This document shows positions 18,629-27,778 of a stretch of DNA of 64,000 nt, one piece after another. The position numbers were made by a program, and so were the translations under genes. A model generated the notes under the pieces. It was not told where the DNA came from. It did not search any database and saw only the letters and a program-made list of their open reading frames with translations. Within the stretch, counting starts at the first letter, position 1. Each line of letters opens with the position of its first letter. The stretch comes from Syntrophaceae bacterium (GTDB taxonomy: Bacteria > Desulfobacterota > Syntrophia > Syntrophales > Smithellaceae): NCBI GenBank assembly GCA_018056765.1, contig JAGPFA010000002.1:6590-70589 (forward strand), given 5' to 3'.

Positions 18629-19497
18629 TTTGTTTGAGGCTAACTGCGCCTCCATTGAATCTATTTACCTCGCTCAATCTTTAATGAACCGTGACACAAT
18701 CGGTTCATCTGTTGCTTCATGCGGTAATATCGCGACTATCACATCCTTTCCCTTTGGCCGTTGCCGACGACAGGCAGACAAGCAGCAGCCCCAAAAACAA
18801 AGCAGACTCCTTCACTGACCTGGTGTTTCTAATGAACAAAAATATAATTGCCTGCTGTAATATCAGACATGTAAGTATTTTTTTATACAGAACAATCGGC
18901 CTGCTCGGCCAGGAGGTACAAAAAACGGCAGAAAAGACTTCGGGCATTCCGTGGCTCCCTTTCCACTGTGAAAAGAAGTAAAATTACTTGAAACTGATCC
19001 TGCCCTGAAGATGCATCTGGAATCAATTTCTGATAATCAGGGAAGCAATGGACTTGCTTGACAGCAGTGTTTTTTTTAAATAAGTTTTTAAAACAATCCC
19101 TGATCTGCAACTTTCAGCCGAGTAGATAAATGAGGCTAAGTCAGTTACTGACTAAAAGTCAATTTGGTTTTTAAACCAAAGAAAAACTAAAGTCAAGGCA
19201 AATAAATTTCCTTCCTCCCAATCAGCAGATACGACCAAACAACCGGTTGGTAAGAGGCTGCCGTGTGATGCTAACTGCCGTTTTTAATTGACTTTTGGCC
19301 TTTTGCCGCAAAAACAATACGGCACTGCGTACCTCTATAGAGAAAATGTACCCGTGCATCACCGTCCAGTCTGCGAAGCCTTGTCTACCTTATGGCGGAA
19401 TATCAATCAAATTGGGGTATTATGATTATTTTATTTTGGACAAATCAGAGGGAAAATAGTAAGCATAGGACAACATTCATCTTTCGGGGGGATTCCC

Positions 19498-20595
19498 ATG
19501 CTATTTAATAAAACGGTTGCGGTTGTTGTGCCCGCCTACAACGAGGAAAAACAGATCGCCCGTGTTTTGGCCACAATGCCGGAGTTTGTGGACCGCATCA
19601 TTGTCGTAAATGACTGCTCGAGTGACAACACGGCCGATGTCGTCTTGTCATGCATACAACAGCAGTGTGTTCCCGGTGCGACAATTTCGGCGGGCAACCC
19701 CCAATATGATGGGAATCAATATGACAGGGCTGAGATACTGCTAAGGGAAAAACAACAAAATGACGCCAGATTTTATATTCCCTCCGAAATTGCCAACAAT
19801 ACCCCGGAAACCGACCGTATCATCCTCATTAACCATCTGAAGAACGGTGGTGTAGGCGCAGCCATCGCCACCGGCTACAAATGGTGCCGTGACCATGCGA
19901 TCGATTGTACAGCCGTGATGGCCGGCGACGCCCAGATGGATCCGGCGGAGCTGGAAAAAATATGCACACCCGTGCTGACCGGAGAGGTCGATTATGTGAA
20001 GGGCAACCGGCTTATTCATGGCGGGGCACGTCTGGTCATACCCAAAACACGCTTTTTCGGCAATTCCATACTATCTATCCTGACAAAAATAGCTTCGGGA
20101 TACTGGCATGTCTCCGATACCCAGACCGGCTACACGGCCATATCCCTGCCGGCGCTCAATGCCATCAAAATTCATAAAATTTATCCGCGCTATGGAATGC
20201 CTAACGATCTGCTTGTTAAATTGAACATTGCTTTCTGCACGATCCAAGAAGTAAAAATTAAGCCGGTTTACAACGTCGGCGAAGCCTCGAAGATGAAGGT
20301 GCCCAATGTCATCCCCCGCATCTCCTGGCTGCTTTTCAAGAGTTTTTTTAAAAGACTCTGGATAAAATACCTGTTTCGCGATTTTCACCCGCTGTTTCTT
20401 CTATATCACTTCGCCATAGCCATGGGCCTTGTTGCCCTGCCCTATGGAATTAAAATCCTTTTCATAGCGCTATCCGGGGGACAGGTCTCTACCATCACCA
20501 TGCTGGCATTTCTTTTTTTGTTCTCCAGCAGCTTCCAGTCACTTCTTTTCGCCATGTGGATGGATATCCAGGACAATGAACGTCTGTACAAGTGA
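19498..20595 (+). CDS. family 2 glycosyltransferase with C-terminal membrane helices (polyprenyl-phosphate sugar synthase-like)
   Basis: 'VVVPAYNEEKQI...IIVVNDCSSDNT' is a GT2 N-terminus. A 'GDAQMD' acidic motif is present, and 2-3 hydrophobic helices lie at the C-terminus. Confidence 0.8.
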   Translation: MLFNKTVAVVVPAYNEEKQIARVLATMPEFVDRIIVVNDCSSDNTADVVLSCIQQQCVPGATISAGNPQYDGNQYDRAEILLREKQQNDARFYIPSEIANNTPETDRIILINHLKNGGVGAAIATGYKWCRDHAIDCTAVMAGDAQMDPAELEKICTPVLTGEVDYVKGNRLIHGGARLVIPKTRFFGNSILSILTKIASGYWHVSDTQTGYTAISLPALNAIKIHKIYPRYGMPNDLLVKLNIAFCTIQEVKIKPVYNVGEASKMKVPNVIPRISWLLFKSFFKRLWIKYLFRDFHPLFLLYHFAIAMGLVALPYGIKILFIALSGGQVSTITMLAFLFLFSSSFQSLLFAMWMDIQDNERLYK

Positions 20596-20615
20596 CAACT
20601 CAGTAAAATAATATC

Positions 20616-20643
20616 TTGACAATTATTCTGTATCTGTTATGAG
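20616..20643 (+). promoter_or_regulatory. candidate sigma70 promoter for the wHTH regulator
   Basis: TTGACA, 16 nt spacer, TATGAG. The upstream in-frame ATG at 20639 lies inside this -10 element. Confidence 0.35.
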
Positions 20644-20671
20644 TAGAATAACTACTCGTGACGGAGCAGAG

Positions 20672-21217
20672 ATGACCAGTCTTTTTTCAGGTTTGATATC
20701 TTCAAAAACCCGCATCAGCCTGCTGGTACGCTTTTTCTTCAACCCCGGCACAAAAGCCTATCTGCGTGAACTTTCCAAAGACCTCGATGTTTCCACCAAT
20801 GCGGTTCGCGAAGAGCTCAATCAGCTCACCAAAACGAAACTCCTCACCACCCAAAAGAGCGGGCGTAATGTTTTTTATACGGCAAACCACGAGCATCCAC
20901 TCTTTCCTGAGCTTCGCTCCATGGTCGCCAAAGTGATCGGACTCGACCAGGTCATTGAAAGTATCCTGTCGCGTCTGGGTGATCTGGAAAAAGCATACAT
21001 TATCGATGATTATGCCGAAGGAAAAGACACAGGAATCGTTGATTTGGTGCTGGTAGGCAACGTTGACCAGTATCATCTCAATGATTTGAGCAGAAAAACA
21101 GAACGATATATTAAGCGAAAGATTCGTTCTCTGGTTTTGACTAAGGAAGAGTTCGACACCTTCAGGGAAAAAATGGAAGACCGGCCACACTTCCTGGTGT
21201 GGCAAAGACCGGAATAA
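20672..21217 (+). CDS. ArsR-like winged-helix transcriptional regulator with an extra C-terminal domain
   Basis: 'YLRELSKDLDVSTNAVREELNQLTKTKLL' is an HTH. The ATG at 20672 has a GGAG RBS. The ORF-track start at 20639 overlaps the putative promoter. Confidence 0.65.
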   Translation: MTSLFSGLISSKTRISLLVRFFFNPGTKAYLRELSKDLDVSTNAVREELNQLTKTKLLTTQKSGRNVFYTANHEHPLFPELRSMVAKVIGLDQVIESILSRLGDLEKAYIIDDYAEGKDTGIVDLVLVGNVDQYHLNDLSRKTERYIKRKIRSLVLTKEEFDTFREKMEDRPHFLVWQRPE

Positions 21218-21360
21218 AATAAACCACCGCAGCGTTTGTTGTGACGGTCAATATTGCCTCCCCCGACAGGTTACAGGCATCGATATGTAACTTGCGGGGC
21301 GGAGCTGAATCTAACATGATCATTTAATTTAATTTAGATCTTTGAACAACACCTCCACGA

Positions 21361-21490
21361 GTCATTCCGGGCCTGACCCGGAATCCAGCACTTGATAACA
21401 CGGATACCGGCCCACCCGATTTCGCGCCGGTATGACGACATTGGCGGTTACATAGGGTTTGGCGAAGCTCTCAGAACATCCCTATGCACA
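21361..21490. repeat. structured intergenic repeat, copy A (two hairpins: ATTCCGGG/CCCGGAAT and ATACCGG/CCGGTAT)
   Basis: Long identical runs are shared with 34054-34165: GTCATTCCGGGC.TGACCCGGAATCCAG, CACTTGATAA, GGATACCGG and CCGGTATGACGACATTG. Confidence 0.75.
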
Positions 21491-21563
21491 TCGGTGAAAC
21501 CATGACGGATACACACTCAACAATAATCAAATCCAAGCCATTTCAAAGCAAGGTAGCCCGGCC

Positions 21564-22538
21564 ATGATTTTTATTGCAGGCGGCGCGGGATATATTGGCT
21601 CACACGCCAATAAAATACTGAACCAAAAAGGATACGAAACAGTCGTTTATGACAATCTCGTTTACGGCCATCGCGAATTTTGCAAATGGGGGCATTTCAT
21701 ATTGGGTGACATTGCCAATAAAGATCAACTAAGGTTGTGTTTTAAAGCCTACCCGATAGAAGCGGTCATGCATTATTGCGCTTATTGCTACGTGGGCGAA
21801 TCCGTCGAACAGCCAGCAAAATATTATCGTAACAATGTCATCAATACACTGAATTTACTGGATGTAATGGTTGAATATGGCGTAAAGAACTTTATTTTTT
21901 CGTCAAGCTGCGCCACCTATGGCAATCCAATAGAAATTCCCATGACGGAAAATCATCCTCAAGTGCCGATTAACCCTTACGGCAAAACGAAGCTCATGGT
22001 CGAACAAATTCTGAAAGATTACGATCGGGCTTACGGCATCCGCCACGTCTGTTTGCGCTATTTCAATGCGGCAGGCGCAGACCCGGATGCGGAGATCGGG
22101 GAATGGCATGAACCGGAAACCCATTTAATCCCCCTTGTCCTGCAGGTTGCCACTGGCCAGCGCGATCATATTCAGGTCTATGGAACAGATTACGAAACAC
22201 CGGACGGCACATGCGTGCGCGATTATATCCATATCAACGACCTGGCGGCGGCGCACATTACAGCGCTTGAATATCTGAAAGACGGCGGAGCATCAACCGC
22301 TTTTAACCTCGGCAACGGCAACGGCTTTTCCGTAAAAGAAGTGATTCAAACCGCCGAACGCATCACAGGCAAATCCATCAAGATCATTGAAGGCCCCAGG
22401 CGTCCGGGAGACCCCCCAATACTGGTCGGCAGCGCGGATAAGGCCAGGAGAATTCTGAACTGGCAGCCCCGGTATGCAAACTTGGAAGAGATCGTTCAAA
22501 CGGCGTGGAAATGGGAATCGAACGGAATCAAAGGATAG
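21564..22538 (+). CDS. galE: UDP-glucose 4-epimerase
   Basis: 'GGAGYIGSH' Rossmann motif, 'SSSCATYG' and 'YGKTKLMVEQIL' (the YxxxK), and 'LRYFNAAGADP'. Confidence 0.9.
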   Translation: MIFIAGGAGYIGSHANKILNQKGYETVVYDNLVYGHREFCKWGHFILGDIANKDQLRLCFKAYPIEAVMHYCAYCYVGESVEQPAKYYRNNVINTLNLLDVMVEYGVKNFIFSSSCATYGNPIEIPMTENHPQVPINPYGKTKLMVEQILKDYDRAYGIRHVCLRYFNAAGADPDAEIGEWHEPETHLIPLVLQVATGQRDHIQVYGTDYETPDGTCVRDYIHINDLAAAHITALEYLKDGGASTAFNLGNGNGFSVKEVIQTAERITGKSIKIIEGPRRPGDPPILVGSADKARRILNWQPRYANLEEIVQTAWKWESNGIKG

Positions 22539-22580
22539 CAATATCATCAAGTATCATAACACCAACCATTTCTTAATGTC

Positions 22581-23402
22581 ATGAGCGAAATCATTATTGA
22601 ACCAGGCCAATCTGAGAAAATTTACTGGGCAGACCTATGGCGTTACCGAGAATTATTTATCATACTGTCCTGGCGTGACTTATCTGTACGTTATAAACAG
22701 ACAGTAATTGGCATCCTCTGGGCAGTTTTGCGGCCCTTGCTGACAATGGTTGTCTTTACAGTGATTTTCAGCCGCATTGCCAAACTGCCCGGTGATGGGA
22801 ACGCACCCTATGCACTGATGGTGTTTGCCGCCATGCTGCCCTGGTCGTTGTTTTCCAATGCGCTCAGTGAATCATCCAACAGCTTGATCGGAAATGCCAA
22901 CCTGATCAGCAAGGTTTACTTCCCACGGATGATCGTTCCGGCAGCAACAATCATTACCGCGCTGGTTGATTTCCTGATCAGTTTTGTCATTCTCATCTTC
23001 CTGATGATCTTCTATCAATTCCTGCCCGGTTGGCAAATCCTCCTTCTTCCTTTTTTTATCATCCTTGCATTGCTTGCGAGTCTGGGGCCGGGGTTATGGA
23101 TCACCGCATTGAATGTGAAATATCGTGACTTCCGCTATACGATTCCATTTCTCATCCAGTTCGGTCTTTACGTTTCACCGGTAGGATTCAGCAGCAATGT
23201 CATACCGGAGAAATGGCGACTGCTGTACAGTATCAATCCTATGGTCGGTGTTATAGACGGATTCCGTTGGTGTATTCTGGGCACTTCAAGCCGGATTTAT
23301 ATGCCCGGCTTTTTGTTGAGCTTAGCCGTCATTACCTTTTTTCTGTGGATTGGTATTTCACGCTTCCGTAAAATGGAAAAAACATTTGCAGATATCATTT
23401 AG
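22581..23402 (+). CDS. wzm: ABC-2 type polysaccharide export permease (Wzm-like)
   Basis: The protein has six hydrophobic helices. The 'YRELFIILSWRDLSVRYKQTVIGILWAVLRP' N-terminus is typical of Wzm/TagG permeases. Confidence 0.85.
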   Translation: MSEIIIEPGQSEKIYWADLWRYRELFIILSWRDLSVRYKQTVIGILWAVLRPLLTMVVFTVIFSRIAKLPGDGNAPYALMVFAAMLPWSLFSNALSESSNSLIGNANLISKVYFPRMIVPAATIITALVDFLISFVILIFLMIFYQFLPGWQILLLPFFIILALLASLGPGLWITALNVKYRDFRYTIPFLIQFGLYVSPVGFSSNVIPEKWRLLYSINPMVGVIDGFRWCILGTSSRIYMPGFLLSLAVITFFLWIGISRFRKMEKTFADII

Positions 23403-23405
23403 AAT

Positions 23406-23428
23406 AGTAAATAGTAAAAAGAAAATAG
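23406..23428. repeat. left arm of a 23-bp imperfect inverted repeat flanking the four-helix-bundle gene
   Basis: AGTAAATAGTAAAAAGAAAATAG matches the reverse complement of 23813-23835 at 20 of 23 positions (hand alignment). Confidence 0.7.
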
Positions 23429-23444
23429 AGGATAGCTAAAACAG

Positions 23445-23807
23445 ATGAATGAGAGGCCACATAGAAAACTTTTAGTCTGGCAGAAAGCCATGGAATTTGT
23501 CATTGATATTTATAAATTAACTGCAAAGTTCCCCAAACATGAAGAATATGGTTTGACATCACAAATGCGGAGGGCCGCTGTTTCTATACCAAGCAACCTG
23601 GCAGAGGGCGCTGCAAGAAAAGGCAGAAAGGAATTCAATCAATTTCTAAATATTGCCCAAGGATCACTTAGCGAACTTGACACACAACTTGAACTGGGCA
23701 AACTCCTAGGCTATATAGACGTTGAGACTTACAACAACACCATTAGTAAAATGACGGAAATATCAAAAATGCTTTACGGTCTGGCGAACACCCTCAAACA
23801 ACCCTGA
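23445..23807 (+). CDS. four-helix-bundle protein of the '23S rRNA intervening-sequence protein' / Avd-like family
   Basis: 'LLVWQKAMEFVIDIYKLTAKFPKHEEYGLTSQMRRAAVSIPSNLAEG...QFLNIAQGSLSELDTQLEL' is the family signature. Confidence 0.85.
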   Translation: MNERPHRKLLVWQKAMEFVIDIYKLTAKFPKHEEYGLTSQMRRAAVSIPSNLAEGAARKGRKEFNQFLNIAQGSLSELDTQLELGKLLGYIDVETYNNTISKMTEISKMLYGLANTLKQP

Positions 23808-23812
23808 TTTTA

Positions 23813-23835
23813 CTATTCCCTTTTCACTATTTACT
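23813..23835. repeat. right arm of the inverted repeat flanking the four-helix-bundle gene
   Basis: CTATTCCCTTTTCACTATTTACT is the reverse-complement partner of 23406-23428. Confidence 0.7.
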
Positions 23836-23870
23836 TTTCACCGACAGAGTTTTACCGACAGAGCAAATTA

Positions 23871-25151
23871 ATGGGCGATGTAGTTATTAAAGCCGAAGGC
23901 CTTGGTAAGAAATATACCATCGGCCATCAAAACCAGACAGATCGCTACATGGCTCTGCGCGACGTGCTAATGCAAAACGCTAAATCCCTCTGGAACAAAA
24001 CAAAAGACCTGGTTACCGGGAAACCACTCATCCAGGGAGATACACTTGAAGAAGTCTGGGCATTAAGGGATGTGAGCTTTGAAGTGAGACGCGGAGAGGC
24101 TGTGGGCATCATCGGCCGAAATGGAGCGGGGAAAAGCACATTGTTGAAAGTTTTGAGCCGCATCACCGAACCTACAGCCGGCCGGATTACAATCAAAGGA
24201 CGAGTGGCCAGCCTACTTGAGGTGGGAACAGGTTTTCACCCAGAACTCACCGGTCGAGAAAATATATACCTCAATGGCACTATCCTGGGCATGACCCGTG
24301 CGGAAATAAAACGTAAATTCGATGAAATTGTTGCCTTCGCGGAAATCGAAAAATATCTCGACACCCCCGTTAAAAGATACTCAAGCGGCATGTATGTACG
24401 ACTGGCGTTTGCTGTAGCTGCTCATCTGGAACCGGAGATTTTGGTAGTTGATGAGGTACTGGCGGTTGGTGATGCGCAGTTTCAAAAGAAGTGTCTTGGA
24501 AAAATGGGAGATGTCAACAAAGAAGGCAGAACGGTGTTGTTTGTGAGTCATAATATTGGTGCAATAAAATCGCTTTGCTCGAAAGGTTTATTGCTCGTCA
24601 CTGGATGTTTAGAAGAATCAGGGGATATTAACAATGTTGTGAGTAAGTACCTATCAACATCCAATAATTTTACCGGTTGCATAAAGTGGACGGAGGCGGA
24701 TGCACCTGGTGATCAAGATCTTAAATTAATTAGTTTGGCTACTACAAGAGCAGGGTATAAGGAAACGCATTTTGATGATGATGCTGAAATTGATATAGAA
24801 ATAGAAATTATAGCAAGCAAAAATTTGCCTAATGCCACTATTGGAATGATTATTACAAATCAAGAAGGGCAGCCAGTACTGCATGTCGCTAGTAATTTAA
24901 AGGATAAATCATTTAAAATTAAAAAAGGCATTAACAAAATAAGGTACTCAATACCTTCAAATCTTCTTTTACACGGCCAATATTCAATTACAATTGCCGG
25001 AGTAGAACCAAATTTACATACATATTTCCGATTGGTTGATGCTATTTGTTTTATTCTACTATCCAAAAATGAAGAAATAAATCGCTATGCAAAGGAAGTT
25101 TGGAAGGGTGTGCTGAATCCTAAACTTGGAACATGGTATTATTTAAAATAA
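23871..25151 (+). CDS. wzt: polysaccharide export ABC transporter ATP-binding protein (Wzt-like) with an extra C-terminal domain of about 170 aa
   Basis: Walker A 'GRNGAGKST', signature 'YSSGMYVRLAF' and Walker B 'ILVVDE'. The C-terminal extension beyond the NBD resembles carbohydrate-binding Wzt C-domains. Confidence 0.85.
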   Translation: MGDVVIKAEGLGKKYTIGHQNQTDRYMALRDVLMQNAKSLWNKTKDLVTGKPLIQGDTLEEVWALRDVSFEVRRGEAVGIIGRNGAGKSTLLKVLSRITEPTAGRITIKGRVASLLEVGTGFHPELTGRENIYLNGTILGMTRAEIKRKFDEIVAFAEIEKYLDTPVKRYSSGMYVRLAFAVAAHLEPEILVVDEVLAVGDAQFQKKCLGKMGDVNKEGRTVLFVSHNIGAIKSLCSKGLLLVTGCLEESGDINNVVSKYLSTSNNFTGCIKWTEADAPGDQDLKLISLATTRAGYKETHFDDDAEIDIEIEIIASKNLPNATIGMIITNQEGQPVLHVASNLKDKSFKIKKGINKIRYSIPSNLLLHGQYSITIAGVEPNLHTYFRLVDAICFILLSKNEEINRYAKEVWKGVLNPKLGTWYYLK

Positions 25152-25178
25152 ATACACTGTTTGAGATATATTAATTAA

Positions 25179-25808
25179 ATGAGTATTCTATATAATATAA
25201 CAACTACAATGTTGCGTGCTTCAATGTTTGGGTTAAAACATGAATGGCATCTTACGCGCTTTTCAATGTATAGCGCGCTACAGCAAATAAGTGTAAAGCT
25301 TCAAAGTCGTGAAGGTGATGTGCTCTCTATTAGCAGTTCGAAAATTATTTCGGAATTGATGGGTTTTAAGCCTGTCAGTTTTACAGAAGCCAATTATCCT
25401 GAGATAGATATTTTGTCTTTACCATATAATGATAATTCTTTTGATTTCGTCTGTACAGACCAAGTTCTAGAACATGTTTCAGGGAATCCGCAACTCGCGA
25501 TAAACGAATGTTGGAGAGTGCTGCGCCCCAATGGTATTGCTGTACACACTTCATGTTTTATTAACCCAATACATAAAGAGCCTGGTGATTACTGGCGCTT
25601 TACACCTGACGCCTTATGCCTTCTATCAAATAAATTTAATAAAATAATAGAAGTTGGATCTTGGGGAAATTTTCAAGCATTACTATTGCTAAGAATAGGC
25701 ATGCGATTCGACAAAGTACCGAAAGCAAAGTGGCATCCATTTCATAGAATTGCCTTAAAAAATGATCCTTTATGGCCGATTGTAACTTGGATTGTGACTG
25801 AAAAATAA
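25179..25808 (+). CDS. class I SAM-dependent methyltransferase
   Basis: 'FDFVCTDQVLEHV....CWRVLRPNGIAV' is a Methyltransf_11-like motif. Confidence 0.72.
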   Translation: MSILYNITTTMLRASMFGLKHEWHLTRFSMYSALQQISVKLQSREGDVLSISSSKIISELMGFKPVSFTEANYPEIDILSLPYNDNSFDFVCTDQVLEHVSGNPQLAINECWRVLRPNGIAVHTSCFINPIHKEPGDYWRFTPDALCLLSNKFNKIIEVGSWGNFQALLLLRIGMRFDKVPKAKWHPFHRIALKNDPLWPIVTWIVTEK

Positions 25809-25823
25809 TCAAAATAATATTTT

Positions 25824-26459
25824 ATGCCAAAGCAAGTTAACAAAGAACATTATTTTTCAGATGACTATCTTAATAAGGACAGGTTTCTTGCCTTGCGTGA
25901 ACAGTTGATCGCATGCTTAGAAACTAATGGAAAAAGTTTTCTTGAAATAGGCCCGGGCCCCAATCTACTCACACCTCTGCTCAAGCAATTTAACAAAACC
26001 ACAACAACGTTAGATATGGCGTATGAATTAAAACCCGACATTGTGGGTGATCTTTTTAACATTCCTTGTGCACCGAATACATTTGATGTTGTATATGCGT
26101 TCCAGGTACTAGAACACATTCCTTTTGAACAATTAATTAGTGCCCTCTCAGAAATGAATAGGGTATCCAGAGGTACTGTGATTTTCAGTGTTCCTGATCA
26201 TGCTGGTCTTCAGAGACCAGAGTTCCGTTTTATATTGAATTTTCGGGGTCGAGAAATTAAGTACGAATTATTAAAGCGGATTTATAAGGATATTACTAAT
26301 CCAAGAGAGCATTGCTGGGAAATTGGTTGTCGTGGAATCGATATTAATTGTGTTATTGAAAGTATTGCAAAAGCAAATCTCTATTGTTGCAAACATTACA
26401 TACCCTGTGCATATTTTCATTTTTTTGTTTGCAAACGCATTCAAACAGACAAGGTCTAA
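25824..26459 (+). CDS. class I SAM-dependent methyltransferase
   Basis: 'FLEIGPGP' (motif I) and 'FDVVYAFQVLEHIP....MNRVSRGTVIFSVP'. Confidence 0.72.
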   Translation: MPKQVNKEHYFSDDYLNKDRFLALREQLIACLETNGKSFLEIGPGPNLLTPLLKQFNKTTTTLDMAYELKPDIVGDLFNIPCAPNTFDVVYAFQVLEHIPFEQLISALSEMNRVSRGTVIFSVPDHAGLQRPEFRFILNFRGREIKYELLKRIYKDITNPREHCWEIGCRGIDINCVIESIAKANLYCCKHYIPCAYFHFFVCKRIQTDKV

Positions 26460-26505
26460 AAAAGCATTATCAATTTAGTTAGTGAATAATATTGGCTAAA
26501 AACAA

Positions 26506-27771
26506 ATGAAGGTAATACATTTAGCAGCCTCAGATTCAAATGGTGGCGCAGCAAGAGCAGCCTATCGTGTCCATCTCGCGCTTACAGATACTGGTATTAA
26601 CAGTCAGATGTGGGTGTTAAATCGGGGCACCGATAACGCAAATGTTTGCAATGTTAATGTATCGCGTTTGGTGCGTTTAAAGAATAAACTAAGTAGTCTT
26701 ATAATTGCCAAGAAACTACGTGATTGGCATACAAATAATAATGTGCTTCATTCCTTCGGACAAGTCAGCGCTGGAATAGTCAATGATCTGAATGCAACAG
26801 ATGCGGACATCGTTAATCTTCATTGGATTCCTGGCATATTATCAATAAAAGATATAGGTCGTATATCAAAGCCCGTAGTTTGGAGATTTCCTGATATGTG
26901 GGCTTTTTGTGGCGCAGAACATTACGCACCGGACACGCCGACATCGCGGTTTAGGGTTGGTTATTTGATGTCCAATCGCGCGCCTGACGAAAAAGGAACT
27001 GATATCAATAGGATTGTGTGGAATGAAAAGCGGCGTTTATGGCGTGATCAAAAATTCACAATTATTTGTACGACGCATTGGCTAGCGAAATGTACGCGAG
27101 AGAGCTTGTTATTTGCAAATACGAAAATTCATATAATACCCAACCCGCTTGATGTAAATGAAATTTGGAAGCCTGTTGACAAACAGGCCGCAAGAATCGT
27201 GCTTAATCTTCCTTTACAGAAAAAATTAATTCTTATGGGGACTGATTGGGGTTTGGATAGTCCTTATAAAGGTGCAGATTTATTTATTGAGGCTGTTCGT
27301 CATCTTGTATCAAAGGATATTGACGAATTTGATCTCGTTATATTTGGCCCAAATAAACCCCAAAAAGACCTAAGTTTTAGAGGGGTAACTCGATTTCTTG
27401 GACGTATTAAGGACGATAGACTACTGGCAATGCTGTATTCGGCTGTAGATATAATTGTTGTACCATCTCGGCAAGAAGCTTTTGGGCAGGTTGCTTCAGA
27501 AGCGCAATCATGTGGTACACCTGTGGTGGCTTTTGACAATAGCGGCATTGCGGATATAGTCATCCATCGTGAAACAGGTTGGCTGGCGAAAGCCTTTAAT
27601 ACAGAAGACCTCGCCTATGGCATATCTTGGATAATTGAGAATGAAAAAAGACACGCATACATTTCTGAGATGGCCCGAAGGCGCGCCATAGAACGCTTTT
27701 CTGAATCAGTGATTGCGAGAAAATATATTGATGTCTATCAACAAGTTTTAGAATCAACGAGGAAGAAATAA
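26506..27771 (+). CDS. family 4 glycosyltransferase
   Basis: The C-terminal 'VVPSRQEAFGQVASEAQSCGTPVVAFDNSGIADIV..ETGWLA' is the GT4 EX7E region. Confidence 0.8.
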   Translation: MKVIHLAASDSNGGAARAAYRVHLALTDTGINSQMWVLNRGTDNANVCNVNVSRLVRLKNKLSSLIIAKKLRDWHTNNNVLHSFGQVSAGIVNDLNATDADIVNLHWIPGILSIKDIGRISKPVVWRFPDMWAFCGAEHYAPDTPTSRFRVGYLMSNRAPDEKGTDINRIVWNEKRRLWRDQKFTIICTTHWLAKCTRESLLFANTKIHIIPNPLDVNEIWKPVDKQAARIVLNLPLQKKLILMGTDWGLDSPYKGADLFIEAVRHLVSKDIDEFDLVIFGPNKPQKDLSFRGVTRFLGRIKDDRLLAMLYSAVDIIVVPSRQEAFGQVASEAQSCGTPVVAFDNSGIADIVIHRETGWLAKAFNTEDLAYGISWIIENEKRHAYISEMARRRAIERFSESVIARKYIDVYQQVLESTRKK

Positions 27772-27778
27772 CTTCAAT

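Noticed and set aside
23445-23807. Possible diversity-generating retroelement, because the gene is Avd-like.
   Set aside because: No reverse transcriptase gene and no template/variable repeat pair are visible anywhere in the window.
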